DNA of 64,000 nucleotides from Pelagomonas calceolata (Eukaryota), in the NCBI GenBank assembly GCA_918797485.1, contig CAKKNE010000001.1:5332001-5396000 (forward strand), written 5' to 3'. How positions within the stretch are numbered: the first letter of the stretch is position 1; each line of letters opens with the position of its first letter. Position numbers and translations under genes: made by a program. Shown one piece after another: positions 9,557-19,820 of the stretch. The notes under the pieces were generated by a model. It saw only the letters and a list, made by a program, of their open reading frames with translations. It searched no databases and had not been told where the DNA came from.

Positions 9557-11182
9557 TCACTGTATACATGCCTCGATCAAGAAAGGCCCCGGCGTCCGGA
9601 ACGACTCCGCGAGGGCCATGCGCAGGTCCACCGCCGTCTTCACGGAAACGCCCTGGACGCCGTAGCCGCGCGCGAGCGAGACCCAGTCGACGGCCGGGCC
9701 CGACAAATCCGTGAGGCGCTTCGACTTCGAACCGCCACTTCCGAGCCCCTGCGTCGCGCGCTCGACGTCCAGTATTCTGTACGCATCATTCTTGCAGATG
9801 ATCGTCGTCACGTCCAGGCCCTCGCGGCTCTGGCACCAGAGCGCCGGCGTCGAGTAGAGCGCCGAGCCGTCGGCCTGGAAGTTGACCACTCGTCGATGAG
9901 GGCAGGCGACCGCCGCGCCGACTGCGAGGCACGGGCCGCTGCCGATGGCGCCGCCCGTGAGCGTGAGGTGTGTGAACGGTAGACCCCCAATAAGACTGCA
10001 ATCCCAGTAGGTCGCGCCGGTCGTCAGGGACTCGTCCACGACGATCGCGTCCGCGGGCTGGAGCCAAGCTAACACCTGGCAAAGCACAGGCGCGGTCAGG
10101 GGACCCGTTTCATCCATGTCGCCCCGGGCCATAGGCGGCACTTGAGCGGCCGGCGCGCCCGGGACCACGTGCTTCGCCAGGTAATTTAAAGCTCCGACCA
10201 CGTCCATGGCGTCCAGCTCCAGAGCATTGTCCACGACTCTTGAAATGTTATCCTCGTACCCAAACATGGCGACGGGCGGCTTGCAGCCGACGCAGACGAC
10301 CGCTTTATAGGAGGCGAAGAAGGCCTTCGCGGCCGCCGGGAAGTAGGGGACCCGCCGGAACCGCGGCCGCGTCCCGCCCCGGTCGCACCTACTAAAGTTG
10401 TTCTGCACGACCAGCGCGCAGCCCGTCGCCGCCTCGAGCTGTTGTAATGCTGCAAACGCCTCTTCATCAAACAGGCCGCTGCCTCCTATCACTAACGCGG
10501 CGCCGCCGCGACTCAACGCGGCGGCGCACGCCTTCGCGTGGTCAACATACGGGGGATACTCCCGCAGCGCCGCCTCGAAGCCGCCGTCGTCCTCGGCCAT
10601 CGGGTCTATGCCTCGAAGCCGCGTCAGCGGGTCGCGCTGCGCGTCGTGCGGCAGGAGGACGGTAGTGACGCGCGATTCGCCTCCTTCAAAGTCGCGGATG
10701 CCGAGTAAAGCCTGCTCGACGGTGGGGCCGCACGCGTCCGACCCGACCGCCACGTCGCAGCCGCCGCACCACTCCGCGAGGGCGCGCGCGTCCGACTCCA
10801 GGGGCGCGTCCGCCGCCTCGTGCCACGCGGCCATCGTGCCCACGAGGTTCAGCACGGGGCTGCACGCCCTTTTCGCGTTATGTAAATTAGCTAAAGCATT
10901 GGCGAGGCCCACGCCGAGGTGCAGTATCGTGCACGCGGGCTTCTGCAGCATCCGAGCATACCCGTCGGCGGCGCCGGAACAAACCGTCTCGTGCGCGCAC
11001 AAGATGCACCGCGGCGCGCCGTCGACGTCGTCGAGGGCTGATATTAACGGCATCTCCGTCGTGCCGGGGTTCGCGAAAATAACGTCGACGCCAAAGGCTT
11101 TCAGCGTTTTGACGACGGCGTGGGCGCCCGTGGTTTTGATGACGCCATTGGTGCCCTGCATGTGTTGTGCCAGGCCCGCCAT
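9557..11182 (-). CDS. Thiamine-diphosphate-dependent enzyme (acetolactate synthase large subunit-like / decarboxylase)
   Basis: FANPGTTEM, ADGYARM, LHLGVGLANALANLHNA, TGGAIG, ADGSALY…N ThDP motif; start taken at MAGLAQ. Confidence 0.85.
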   Translation of the reverse strand: MAGLAQHMQGTNGVIKTTGAHAVVKTLKAFGVDVIFANPGTTEMPLISALDDVDGAPRCILCAHETVCSGAADGYARMLQKPACTILHLGVGLANALANLHNAKRACSPVLNLVGTMAAWHEAADAPLESDARALAEWCGGCDVAVGSDACGPTVEQALLGIRDFEGGESRVTTVLLPHDAQRDPLTRLRGIDPMAEDDGGFEAALREYPPYVDHAKACAAALSRGGAALVIGGSGLFDEEAFAALQQLEAATGCALVVQNNFSRCDRGGTRPRFRRVPYFPAAAKAFFASYKAVVCVGCKPPVAMFGYEDNISRVVDNALELDAMDVVGALNYLAKHVVPGAPAAQVPPMARGDMDETGPLTAPVLCQVLAWLQPADAIVVDESLTTGATYWDCSLIGGLPFTHLTLTGGAIGSGPCLAVGAAVACPHRRVVNFQADGSALYSTPALWCQSREGLDVTTIICKNDAYRILDVERATQGLGSGGSKSKRLTDLSGPAVDWVSLARGYGVQGVSVKTAVDLRMALAESFRTPGPFLIEACIQ

Positions 11183-11312
11183 CCTGGGCTGCCCCTCTTC
11201 GCGCAGCCGCCGCACGGATGGACGGTGAGCTTCTGCCTGCAGAGAACGCTTGGATGCAGGGCTCTGCGGCCGCGTATGCGGGTAGGAAACGAGCGTCTCT
11301 GAAATTTGGCTT

Positions 11313-11336
11313 GCTAGTGTCTTACAGGCCGCTAGC
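11313..11336. promoter_or_regulatory. Recurrent intergenic CTAG motif copy (consensus-like)
   Basis: GCTAGTGTCTTACAGGCCGCTAGC in a divergent promoter. Confidence 0.7.
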
Positions 11337-11607
11337 ATTATTGTGTGCTCCCTGTTTTTGCAGGGCTCGCGGCCCGAGGCGGGTGTGGGATCGACAGAGA
11401 TTGTAGACGTGACTCTCGCTGACACACGACTCGTCGAACACTATCGAAACTTCGACGCCGCGATTGTGGCAAAGCCAAAAACTGCTGTTGCCTCTCTGCC
11501 ATCAATTTCACGCGCCGCGAGAGGGTGTCGCGGCAACGCGGGGTACTGTCGCAGTTCCGACGCCGACGCGCCGATACGCATGGTAGTAACCACGTGAAAA
11601 CTCAACG

Positions 11608-13141
11608 ATGCCACGCCAACTCCAACTCACGCAAAACCTGCTGGATAGGGCCGCGACGGCCTGGAACGTCGTCTACTCGACGGTCTCCTTCCTGATCAAT
11701 TTCCCGAGCCACTTCGAGGCCTTCGTGAAGTGGATCGATTCGCTGGATCCGTCGCAAGCGCTCGCCTCGTCCAAAATCGGCGCCTACTTGCTGAACTCGG
11801 CGGCGCGCCAGGCCGACGGTGCTTGGAAGGCGGCGAAGGGCCGCGCCTTGCAGCGGAAGGGCCATACGAACCCCGTCGATGAATCCCCTTCGGAGCATTA
11901 CGTCGAGGTGCACGCGGACAGCCACCATGTACGCGAGGGGCGCGTCGGCTTCGTCTCCGTCGAGGTCCTGCAGGCGGGCGGCTGGACGCGCGCGAACATG
12001 GGCGACGCGTTCTCGGCCGAGGATGTCTTCGTGCTGTTGATTGTGGATGGCGGCGTGGGCCAGACGAATACGAAGGACGACGCCGTCGCGCCGGCCTGGA
12101 AGCGAAACGAACGGCGGGCGTTTCGGTTCCCCGTCGCGGATCCGGCCGCGACGTTGTTCTGTGGGGTTTTTGATCAGTACGGCAAGACGGATTGGCCCAT
12201 CGGGCGGTGTTCCATAGCGTTACGGGCCCTGGCGCCCTCGTCCACCTACGACTGCTGGCTGCCGTTATTGATGCGCGGATCCGACGGCGAGGCACTCGCG
12301 GCGCGGAGCCGCGCGCTCGTCGCCGACGAGCCGCTCGCGACGGCGGCTTCCGCGCACGAGACGCAGGCCGAGAGCCGCGGGGCGGTCCGGTTACGTTTGA
12401 AGGTCGAGTGGATCGACGGCGGCGTGGCCGCATGCCGGTCCGCGCTGACGGACGTCGCCTACGCGCCGACCCGAGCCGTCGTCGCGACACCGGCGACGGC
12501 CTCGGGGCGTAGATTGCGCGAAAACTGTCGCTTCGCCCTCTTCGGCCAAGGGGGCTGCCCGACGGACGATCTGAACGAGCCGTTTCAAACTTCTAGAATC
12601 TCGGGCTACGCCCACGAGGGCATGTCCGACGTCCTCGACGCGGTCGTTTCGGTAGAAACGGGCTTCAAGAAGCTCGTCGCCTACGAGCGGCCGCTGAGAA
12701 GTCTGCTTCAAGGATGTGTCGCTCTACGACGTGCGCCGGCCTGATGTTGTCAGATTCAAGTCGAAGTCGCTCCTGAAACGGTGCGGCTGCGGGCGCCACC
12801 GGAAGTTCGTCTTCAAGTGCGCGGACGAGCGCGACGCGGAGCTGCTGGTGGGGGCCCTGCGGGCGCTGACGGCCTTGCCGCGCGACGCGCGGCGGAACCT
12901 GAGTCGCGACTTCGACCAGGGGGGCGCGTCGCGGAGCGACGGCGTGACGCGCCTGGACGACGAGCTCCTCGTGCCGGCGAAGCCGTTCGGCTTCCTGGCC
13001 GCGGCGCTGAACGAGTACGAGCCCGCGCGGCCGGAGGTGCACCGCTCGCGCGTGCGGCCCGACCCGCGGCGGAGCTTGCTCGCGCGGATGAGCATCCGCG
13101 GCGAGTCGCTCCTCCGCGGCGAACCGGCTCGCGGGGCGTAA
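11608..13141 (+). pseudogene. C2-domain protein with a frame break near 12700-12716 (C2 ORF 11608-12744; PH-like C-terminal ORF ~12698-13141)
   Basis: C2 motifs (VSVEVLQA…DVFVLL…QTNTKDDAVAPAW…GVFDQ…DWPIGRCSI); a downstream frame reads EVCFKDVSLYDVRRPDVVRF…KFVFKCADERDAELLVGALR; no obvious intron joins them. Confidence 0.5.
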
Positions 13142-13150
13142 TAGGATTAT

Positions 13151-14440
13151 TCAACTTAGGCCGGCCACGGTGCAATACAATTGCGCATCGAAAACTCCTG
13201 GGACGAGTTCTACGAAGAGGATGCCCTCCTCGATTCTAGTACCCTCTACCTTGAACGCGGCGCTAGTCTTCACACGGGCCTGGCCTTTCCATTGCACCGA
13301 AGCCACGGGTTCAACGAAAAAGTACGGTGGGGCGAAAGGCTTTGTTGGTTCCTCATCGCCGGGCATTTGCGGAGAAGCCCGTGCGTCTTTTTTAAACCGG
13401 ATGTCGACCGTCCCGATACTGAAACTCGGATAATACTCGCTCGCGTCGTGTGTGAGCTCGATGGTGTCGGGCTTACGTCCGTTATATTGCTCGAGCCCGA
13501 GGCGGATGTCACGGATGCGTGTGACTGGCGGTCGGCTCTCGTCGTGAGCCCATTTCTGAACCCGAGCGCTCTCGAGAGATATCGTCGATCCACAAGCCTC
13601 GCCGCCCCCATTGGCCCAGGCTTGGATCCAATGCTCGGAGCGCAGCGTCTCGGCCCCGAAGAATTGTTCGAGCCGCCGGTCCACCTCGTCGTACGCGGCG
13701 TCGTCCGCGTCGACCAGTTCGTCCCCCTCCGTGGCGCCCCGGTAGACGAGTGAGACGGATGAGACCCGAAGCGTCCACGAATGCTGAGCGAAGTCCATGC
13801 TGAAAAACGTCGCCGTGCGGTCCAAAACATCTAAGAGGACAAGGCGCTCGATGGGTGAGACGCGCTTGACCTCGTCTTGGGACCTGACGCGGATGTGCGC
13901 CCATTTCTCTTCCCTTGGAAGTTTCCGGACAGCAGCTTTCCGCTTCTGAGACCAGCCCTTGGGCATCTGAACGAATAAGTCGCGGGATTCATCACAGGCC
14001 AATGTAAGCCGCTCACACATTTCGACGACGAGGTTAGCTTGCACCGCGATCTTCGCGCGCTCGCGACAATCCTGGAGCACGTCCGCTCGCGACCTCTGCT
14101 TCCGAGCCCCGTAGTTAGGATTGGTAATCCCCCATAATCCTCTGAGCCACGCGGTCGGCGTCGTGATCCTCCGTTCCATGAGCCGTACGACCCTGGCGAT
14201 GGCTTTGCACACGGTTTTGATGTCCCGCGCATGGAAGAGGAGCGTGTCGAGCGACGCCGCGGCGGAGTAGGGCACGTTCTGGGTCTGCCAAGGGTCGTTC
14301 AGATTCGCTTCCGACGCGCTCAGCAGATATTCGAGCGCGCGTCCGCGCATCTCGTCGGGCAGCTTCATGAAAGGGAACACATCGCAGCACAAGGCATCCT
14401 CATCGTCCGCCTTCGCGCTTCTTTGCTCGTCATCCATCAC
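13151..14440 (-). CDS. Hypothetical protein with N-terminal F-box-like motif
   Basis: FPFMKLPDEMRGRALEYL resembles the F-box consensus; 429-aa ORF. Confidence 0.6.
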   Translation of the reverse strand: MMDDEQRSAKADDEDALCCDVFPFMKLPDEMRGRALEYLLSASEANLNDPWQTQNVPYSAAASLDTLLFHARDIKTVCKAIARVVRLMERRITTPTAWLRGLWGITNPNYGARKQRSRADVLQDCRERAKIAVQANLVVEMCERLTLACDESRDLFVQMPKGWSQKRKAAVRKLPREEKWAHIRVRSQDEVKRVSPIERLVLLDVLDRTATFFSMDFAQHSWTLRVSSVSLVYRGATEGDELVDADDAAYDEVDRRLEQFFGAETLRSEHWIQAWANGGGEACGSTISLESARVQKWAHDESRPPVTRIRDIRLGLEQYNGRKPDTIELTHDASEYYPSFSIGTVDIRFKKDARASPQMPGDEEPTKPFAPPYFFVEPVASVQWKGQARVKTSAAFKVEGTRIEEGILFVELVPGVFDAQLYCTVAGLS

Positions 14441-14517
14441 TGCGCAATTGTAGGAGTTTCCTTCAAGGCGAGGCTGCCCAGTCGGCTGTCCCGCTCGTTC
14501 GCGCGGCGCAATTCCGA

Positions 14518-14540
14518 GCTAGCGGGCTGTAAGACACTAG
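14518..14540. promoter_or_regulatory. Recurrent intergenic CTAG motif copy (reverse)
   Basis: GCTAGCGGGCTGTAAGACACTAG in a divergent promoter. Confidence 0.7.
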
Positions 14541-14561
14541 AAACGCTCGACTGACGGCCAA

Positions 14562-14673
14562 ATCGCTGCCCCCCGGCGCCAGCGGCGGTGCGCACGCCGC
14601 GCTTCCATCGCATCGCTGCCCCCCGGCGCCAGCGGCGGCAGCGCACGCCGCGCGTTCATCGCATAGCTGCCCC
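14562..14673. repeat. ~50-bp tandem duplication (about 2.2 copies) upstream of the GT4 gene
   Basis: ATCGCTGCCCCCCGGCGCCAGCGGCGG… at 14562 and 14612, partial third copy at 14663. Confidence 0.85.
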
Positions 14674-14682
14674 AGCGCAGCG

Positions 14683-16899
14683 ATGCGACTCGTAGCGCTC
14701 CTCGCATGCGCAACAGCGCAAAGGCACATCGCTCAGCGTCAATGGGTGCGCGGCGAAGCAAGAACAAATGCGGCAGCGGTCGTCCTCCCGCCCCAATTGC
14801 TGTGGCCCTGGGTCGAGGATGTAGAGATAGAGGGCCTCTGCGCAACCGCCTCAGGATTGGGCGCCGACGCGGCCGCGGCGGCGCCGAATTGTTATAATAT
14901 GAACGAAGGCATCCAGAACACGCATCCGCTGCTGGTAGCGCCGCTGGCCTTCGCCGCGAGACGAGCGAACGAGACGCAGAGCGTCGTGCCGGCCGTGTTG
15001 TCGCTGCAGCCGGTCGACGGCCGCGGCCGAGCCTGCCGCCCGCCGGCCCACGTCGACGTCCTGATCCAGCCGGCGCCGCCCGACGACGCGCCGAGGGTCT
15101 TAATAGCCTACCCGCCCGTGGGCTACTCGCAGGACCACAACGCGTCCGTCGAGATCTTCATTCACGTGGCCGGGACCTTTCCGGAAAACGCGGTCATCAA
15201 GGTCGAGTTCGAGGGCGGGACCCAGGCCCCGGCCCAACTCGGCGTGGACATGATGTCCATGGTGTTGACGAGCGTCGAGCCCGCGACGCACGTCCTCGGT
15301 TTTACGGTCGGGTTGTTCGACGACCACTACCTGCCCGGCAACGCCGAGGGCTGGACGCCGCTCGGGCCCAAAAAGCAGCTGGCTTTCGACGCCGTGCTTA
15401 CAGACGAGGAAATTGTGCGCCATCGCGTGCCGGGACCGCCCTTATCCTCATACATCCCGCAAGTACCCCACAACGAATTCGAAGTAGTCAATATATTGAT
15501 AGTGGGCAGCATGAAGTACGACGGCCAGAAGAACATTTATGTCCAGCAGCTCACACATATGGATAGAACTAGATTCAACTTTACGTATGCTTCGTTCATG
15601 GGCGACGAGGATCGGGCGACGTTCACGAAGCTACCACGCATTTTGACGGAATTGGGTGTGGAGCCGGTCTGGCGGCCGATCCCGCCCATTTCGGGGGACG
15701 AGGCATCAACTAGCCATCCCGACCTCGGAGCCTTGGTCGATCGACTCGATGGCAAGAACAGTGATGGATTGAACAATTACTTGCTGGAGGCGTTGGCCTT
15801 ATCAAATAATGTGCCCGAAAATACGTCACCGCCCTTCGTGCGCCGTACATGGTTACACTTAGTGGAGAACTTGCGGCACCTGCGGCCGGACGTCCTCGTC
15901 TTTGCCAACGCGCGGGATCCGTCGGACCTCATTCTATGTCGGGCCGCGCGGCTCGCGGTACCGTCCGCGAAGCTCGTGATGGAGCTGCCGAATTTGTGGC
16001 CCCAGCTCTGGGATTTGGATTTGATTGTGGCTCCGAGCCACTACGCGGCCTTGCACTTCTCCGTGCAGGACGCTGTACATAGTTTACCGGTGGATCGGCG
16101 TCCACATGTCGCCGTCGTGACTCCCGGTGTTGATGCCACAATCTACGGCAACGTCGAGCGGGCGGCGTGTCCGGTGGAATGTTCACTGGCAAATGCGAGC
16201 TGGCCCGTGAATTGGGAACGTGACGGCGCCAAGGGCTGCGCGGCGTCGTGCGAAATCGTGGGCTTCTTAGCGCGACTCTCTCCCGAAAAGTCTCCCGGAT
16301 TACTCGTGCACGCCGCGGCCATCATCTTAGCTGCAAGACCGTTGGCGCGTATTGTTTTTGTGGGCGACGGTGCAGCCAGAAACATGTGCGAGGAACTCGC
16401 GCGGGCCTACGGCATTGAAAATCGTGTCATTTTCGTGGGCGCGGTGTATGGAGCAGAAAACGTCGCTTCGTATTATGCTTCGTTCGACGTCGTCGTGCAG
16501 CCGGCGCTGCGGGCCTGGTCCGAGACGTTCTGTATTGCGAATCTGGAGGCCATGGCGTCGGCGCGTCCCATCGTGTCCTTTGGCGTGGGAGGTGTGGGCG
16601 AGTATTTTGTGGCCGCGCCGACGCGGGACACGTGCAACGCGTCCCCGGAGTATCGGGGGTGCACGCCGTCCGAACCGCCGACGGGCGTCGCCGTGGACCG
16701 CGCGACGCCCGAGGCTCTGGCCGAGGCCGTGCTCGAGCTCCTCGAGGACGCTGGCGGGCGCGACGCGCTCGGCCGCCAGGCGCGGCGCGCGGCGGCGGAG
16801 GCGTTCTCCATCGAGGGGTTCCTGGCGAAGTACGCCGTGCTGTACTCGCGGCTGCACCGCGGCGAGGACTTGAGCGACCTGCCGTTTGTGATAACTTGA
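14683..16899 (+). CDS. Secreted/Golgi glycosyltransferase, GT4 (GT-B) family
   Basis: Signal peptide; GFLARLSPEK, FVGDG, SETFCIANLEAMASARPIV motifs. Confidence 0.85.
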   Translation: MRLVALLACATAQRHIAQRQWVRGEARTNAAAVVLPPQLLWPWVEDVEIEGLCATASGLGADAAAAAPNCYNMNEGIQNTHPLLVAPLAFAARRANETQSVVPAVLSLQPVDGRGRACRPPAHVDVLIQPAPPDDAPRVLIAYPPVGYSQDHNASVEIFIHVAGTFPENAVIKVEFEGGTQAPAQLGVDMMSMVLTSVEPATHVLGFTVGLFDDHYLPGNAEGWTPLGPKKQLAFDAVLTDEEIVRHRVPGPPLSSYIPQVPHNEFEVVNILIVGSMKYDGQKNIYVQQLTHMDRTRFNFTYASFMGDEDRATFTKLPRILTELGVEPVWRPIPPISGDEASTSHPDLGALVDRLDGKNSDGLNNYLLEALALSNNVPENTSPPFVRRTWLHLVENLRHLRPDVLVFANARDPSDLILCRAARLAVPSAKLVMELPNLWPQLWDLDLIVAPSHYAALHFSVQDAVHSLPVDRRPHVAVVTPGVDATIYGNVERAACPVECSLANASWPVNWERDGAKGCAASCEIVGFLARLSPEKSPGLLVHAAAIILAARPLARIVFVGDGAARNMCEELARAYGIENRVIFVGAVYGAENVASYYASFDVVVQPALRAWSETFCIANLEAMASARPIVSFGVGGVGEYFVAAPTRDTCNASPEYRGCTPSEPPTGVAVDRATPEALAEAVLELLEDAGGRDALGRQARRAAAEAFSIEGFLAKYAVLYSRLHRGEDLSDLPFVIT

Positions 16900-17244
16900 A
16901 GTAACTGTGGTCCCGTCCGTCCTTCGTCGCGCGTTCTCGTGGCACTTTCGTGAGGGTTCTTCATTCGTCCGGGCGGGACCCGCCCGGCGTGGAGCTGTCG
17001 GAATACCTCCCGTTCCACTCGTTTGTCTTGCTTCGTACGGGCTGAGCTGAGCCTTGGGCTCTCGGGCGCCTCGTCCTTGCGAGCACGAAGCGCGCCGCCG
17101 CGCGGTTCTCAGGCAGCTGACTGCGAGACGTCGTCGCCACACCCCAGGGAACCCGCTGTCCATCGCTGCGGGCGAAGGGCTGCGCGCAAGCAAAAAGTAG
17201 CAGAAGTCACGCCCCTCCGAGACGCCATCGACGCGCCACTCGCC

Positions 17245-18081
17245 ATGTCGTACGCAAAGGTCATGGCCAGCCTCAACGCGAGCAGCGCCGCGTCCGGCGT
17301 CGAGGTGGAGGTGAAGAAGCGGACGCCCGACGGTTCATATATCCCCGCCGACGACCGCGACTTCGCCACCGCGGACTTCGACGCCGAGCTCGAGGCCGCC
17401 GTGAAGGCCGTACAAAGGTTACCTAGGGACGAGCGCCTGGCCTACGGGAAAGCCATGCGTGTCGAAGGCAACGCGCAGTTTGAGAGAGGCGACCACGCTG
17501 ATGCGATTCGGACGTACGCCAAGGCCATGGCCGGTCTCGATTTGTCTTGTGACCGAGAGGCGACGCTGCGTAGTGTCGCCCTGCCGCTCTGGACGAACTC
17601 GGCGGCGTCCTACCTGGCGCTGAGGCGGCCGCGGGAGTGTCTCAGGTGCTGCGACGAGGCGCTGAAGATCGACGGCGGACACGTGAAGGCTCGTCTACGC
17701 AAGGGCGCCGCGCTCCTGGCGTTGGATAGGTACGACGAGGCCCTCGCCTGTTTGGAAGCGATCGAATCTAACAGGGAGGCCGCGGCGTTGATGAGGAAGA
17801 CGCGCGCCGCGCAACGCCGCACGACCCGCATGGAGGCCGCCTACGGGAAGTGTCTCAGCGCAGCGTTCAGCGACGGTCTTGGTGATACGCGGTCCGGCGT
17901 CCGGCGGCGGCGGTCGGGCGAGGCGGAGACGGAGCGCGCGCTGCGGCAGGCCGCGCGCGCGGCGGCGGCGCACGACTGGGCGCTGGTGGGTTGGGTGGTC
18001 TTTTGCCTCGTGGTCGTTGGGTCGTACGTGCTGTGGGGCGAGGCGCTCGTGCGGTACTTGCTGGCCGTTGCGCCCGTGTGA
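17245..18081 (+). CDS. Tail-anchored TPR co-chaperone-like protein
   Basis: EGNAQFERGD…A…Y.KA, NSAASYLAL…C…ALKID…HVKARLRKG carboxylate-clamp TPRs; C-terminal TM. Confidence 0.8.
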   Translation: MSYAKVMASLNASSAASGVEVEVKKRTPDGSYIPADDRDFATADFDAELEAAVKAVQRLPRDERLAYGKAMRVEGNAQFERGDHADAIRTYAKAMAGLDLSCDREATLRSVALPLWTNSAASYLALRRPRECLRCCDEALKIDGGHVKARLRKGAALLALDRYDEALACLEAIESNREAAALMRKTRAAQRRTTRMEAAYGKCLSAAFSDGLGDTRSGVRRRRSGEAETERALRQAARAAAAHDWALVGWVVFCLVVVGSYVLWGEALVRYLLAVAPV

Positions 18082-18168
18082 GGTTTTTTTCCCTTTGTAC
18101 TAAGAGTACTAGTATTCTGTTTCCCACGGCGCGTCTCTCGACGCTATGATTGTTACGGTAATTCTGAG

Positions 18169-18240
18169 GGTAATTACCGGTAATGGAAATTACCGGTAAT
18201 TACCGGTAATGGAAATTACCGGTAATTACCGGTAATTACC
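18169..18240. repeat. Palindromic AT-rich array of GGTAATTACC (x4) and GGTAATGGAAATTACC (x2)
   Basis: Units at 18169, 18179, 18195, 18205, 18221, 18231; extra partial copies at ~18157 and ~18257. Confidence 0.9.
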
Positions 18241-18295
18241 CGAGTCCATTTTTGGCTACCGGGTAATGACCCATGGGGTGGAAAGGTAAAACGCG

Positions 18296-18532
18296 TCGCA
18301 GCGCGTCAGCGAGGACGGCGTCCCGGCGTACTATGCCTGCAGAAAAACGTGCGGCAACTGCGACTGCGCCGACAATGACGAGTGGCGCTACGACGCTGGC
18401 GACAAGGGCTCGAAGGGATGCGACCACGTCGCGAGCGAAGAGGACTTGATCGACAAGCGCTGCTCGAAGCGCGTGTCGGACGATGGCGTACTGGCGAAGT
18501 ACGCCTGCAGCAAAACGTGCGGCAGCTGCTAA
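18296..18532 (+). pseudogene. Orphan 3' exon or gene fragment encoding ShK-like Cys-rich repeats
   Basis: SQRVSEDGVPAYYACRKTCGNCDCADNDEWRY…GCDHV…KRCSKRVSDDGVLAKYACSKTCGSC*; no ATG; in-frame TAA at 18287-18289 upstream; absent from the ORF track. Confidence 0.65.
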
Positions 18533-18879
18533 GCGCCGTGGCGACGCCGGCGCCGCGCGCAAACTCCCTACCCGGAGCCAGTACTCCCCTCCCCCGGAGT
18601 CTCCCCATCGTATAACAACTCGAGTCGCCATTCAGAAACATGAAGGGAGGGGGATTACCAAAGCACAAATTACTAAGCTGACGACGCCGCCGCCGCCGCG
18701 GAGGACCTGCGTGTCGGGCCGCGGTCCAGGCGCGGGACGGAAAAAAAAAAGCGAGCCCGCGCCAACTATGTATGCGCGATTCCCCGTGCTCTCGCCTCGC
18801 CATTTGACCCGGGGCGACACGTTCATCGTCGCCGCGGGAGATACCGGAGGCTGCCGTGAAAAAAAGACGCCGCGACGCA

Positions 18880-19368
18880 CTACGGGGCCACGTTCGTGTG
18901 CGGGTGCTCCGGCCCGGGGTAGATCCACAGCCGCCGGATGAAGATCGTCCTTAATTTATTCTTCGGCAGCATGCCGAGGACGGCCCGCCGCAGCACCTCG
19001 CCGGGCTTCCGCCTTTGCAGGTCCGCCGCGGTCCGCTCCTTTAGCCCGCCCATGAAGCCCGTGTGGTGCCTGTATAATTTCTGCTTCCACTTGCGCCCCG
19101 TGAAGACGAGCCGGTCGGCGTTCACGACGACCACATTATCGCCGTGCTCGTGCCGGTGCGGCTCGAACCCGGGCTTATGTTTTCCCCGGAGCACGGGCGC
19201 GATGGCCGCCGCGAGGCGCCCGACGCTGACGCCCTGCGCCGCGTCGACCAGGTGCCAGCGCTGCTTCGGTTGCGCGAGGTAGGTCCGCCTCGCCGCGGCG
19301 GCGGCTGCGGGTGCCGCGCGCTGCAGGGCGTGGCGCGGCGCCGCGCGGTGCAGGGCGTGGCGCAGCAT
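18880..19368 (-). CDS. rplM: Mitochondrial ribosomal protein uL13
   Basis: Presequence then WHLVDA…GRLAAAIA…LRGKHKP…GDNVVVVNA…YRHHTGFMGGLK…RRAVLGMLPKN. Confidence 0.95.
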   Translation of the reverse strand: MLRHALHRAAPRHALQRAAPAAAAAARRTYLAQPKQRWHLVDAAQGVSVGRLAAAIAPVLRGKHKPGFEPHRHEHGDNVVVVNADRLVFTGRKWKQKLYRHHTGFMGGLKERTAADLQRRKPGEVLRRAVLGMLPKNKLRTIFIRRLWIYPGPEHPHTNVAP

Positions 19369-19820
19369 GGCTGGTGCAGCTTTTTGTGCAGCTTTTTTGT
19401 GCGTGATCGATCTGAAAGTGATCGATGCGGCTGTAGGCGAGCTCTTTGGTTTGGGAGGTGCAGTATCGGGGCAAGCGCGCTGGCCGCTGAAGTTGCGCAA
19501 TAATCGTCCTAGCGCATCATACATACTAGCCAACGTCGACGGCAATTCACGCTACCGGCCGCTATCCAACTTTGGCTGCGACCGCCTCGCTCGGGAAGCA
19601 ACTCGTCGCCTCTCGCGCCGAGACGCACCGGCCGGTTCGACGCGCCGCGCCGCTCTCGGTCAAAAACCAGCTCCTGGTCGCTTAGCGCGCGACGAGCCAC
19701 CGGTCAGCCTCGTCGTCGCGCCCGCGCCGACGAGCCACCACCGCAGCCCCAGCCCCAGACTCGTCGCCGCCGCCGCGGCGCCGAGCCCGCGGCCGCGGCC
19801 CGTTCGCAACCCTGGCGGCC

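Noticed and set aside
18169..18240. CRISPR-like array
   Set aside because: Repeats abut directly with no unique spacers, there are no cas genes, and the context is eukaryotic
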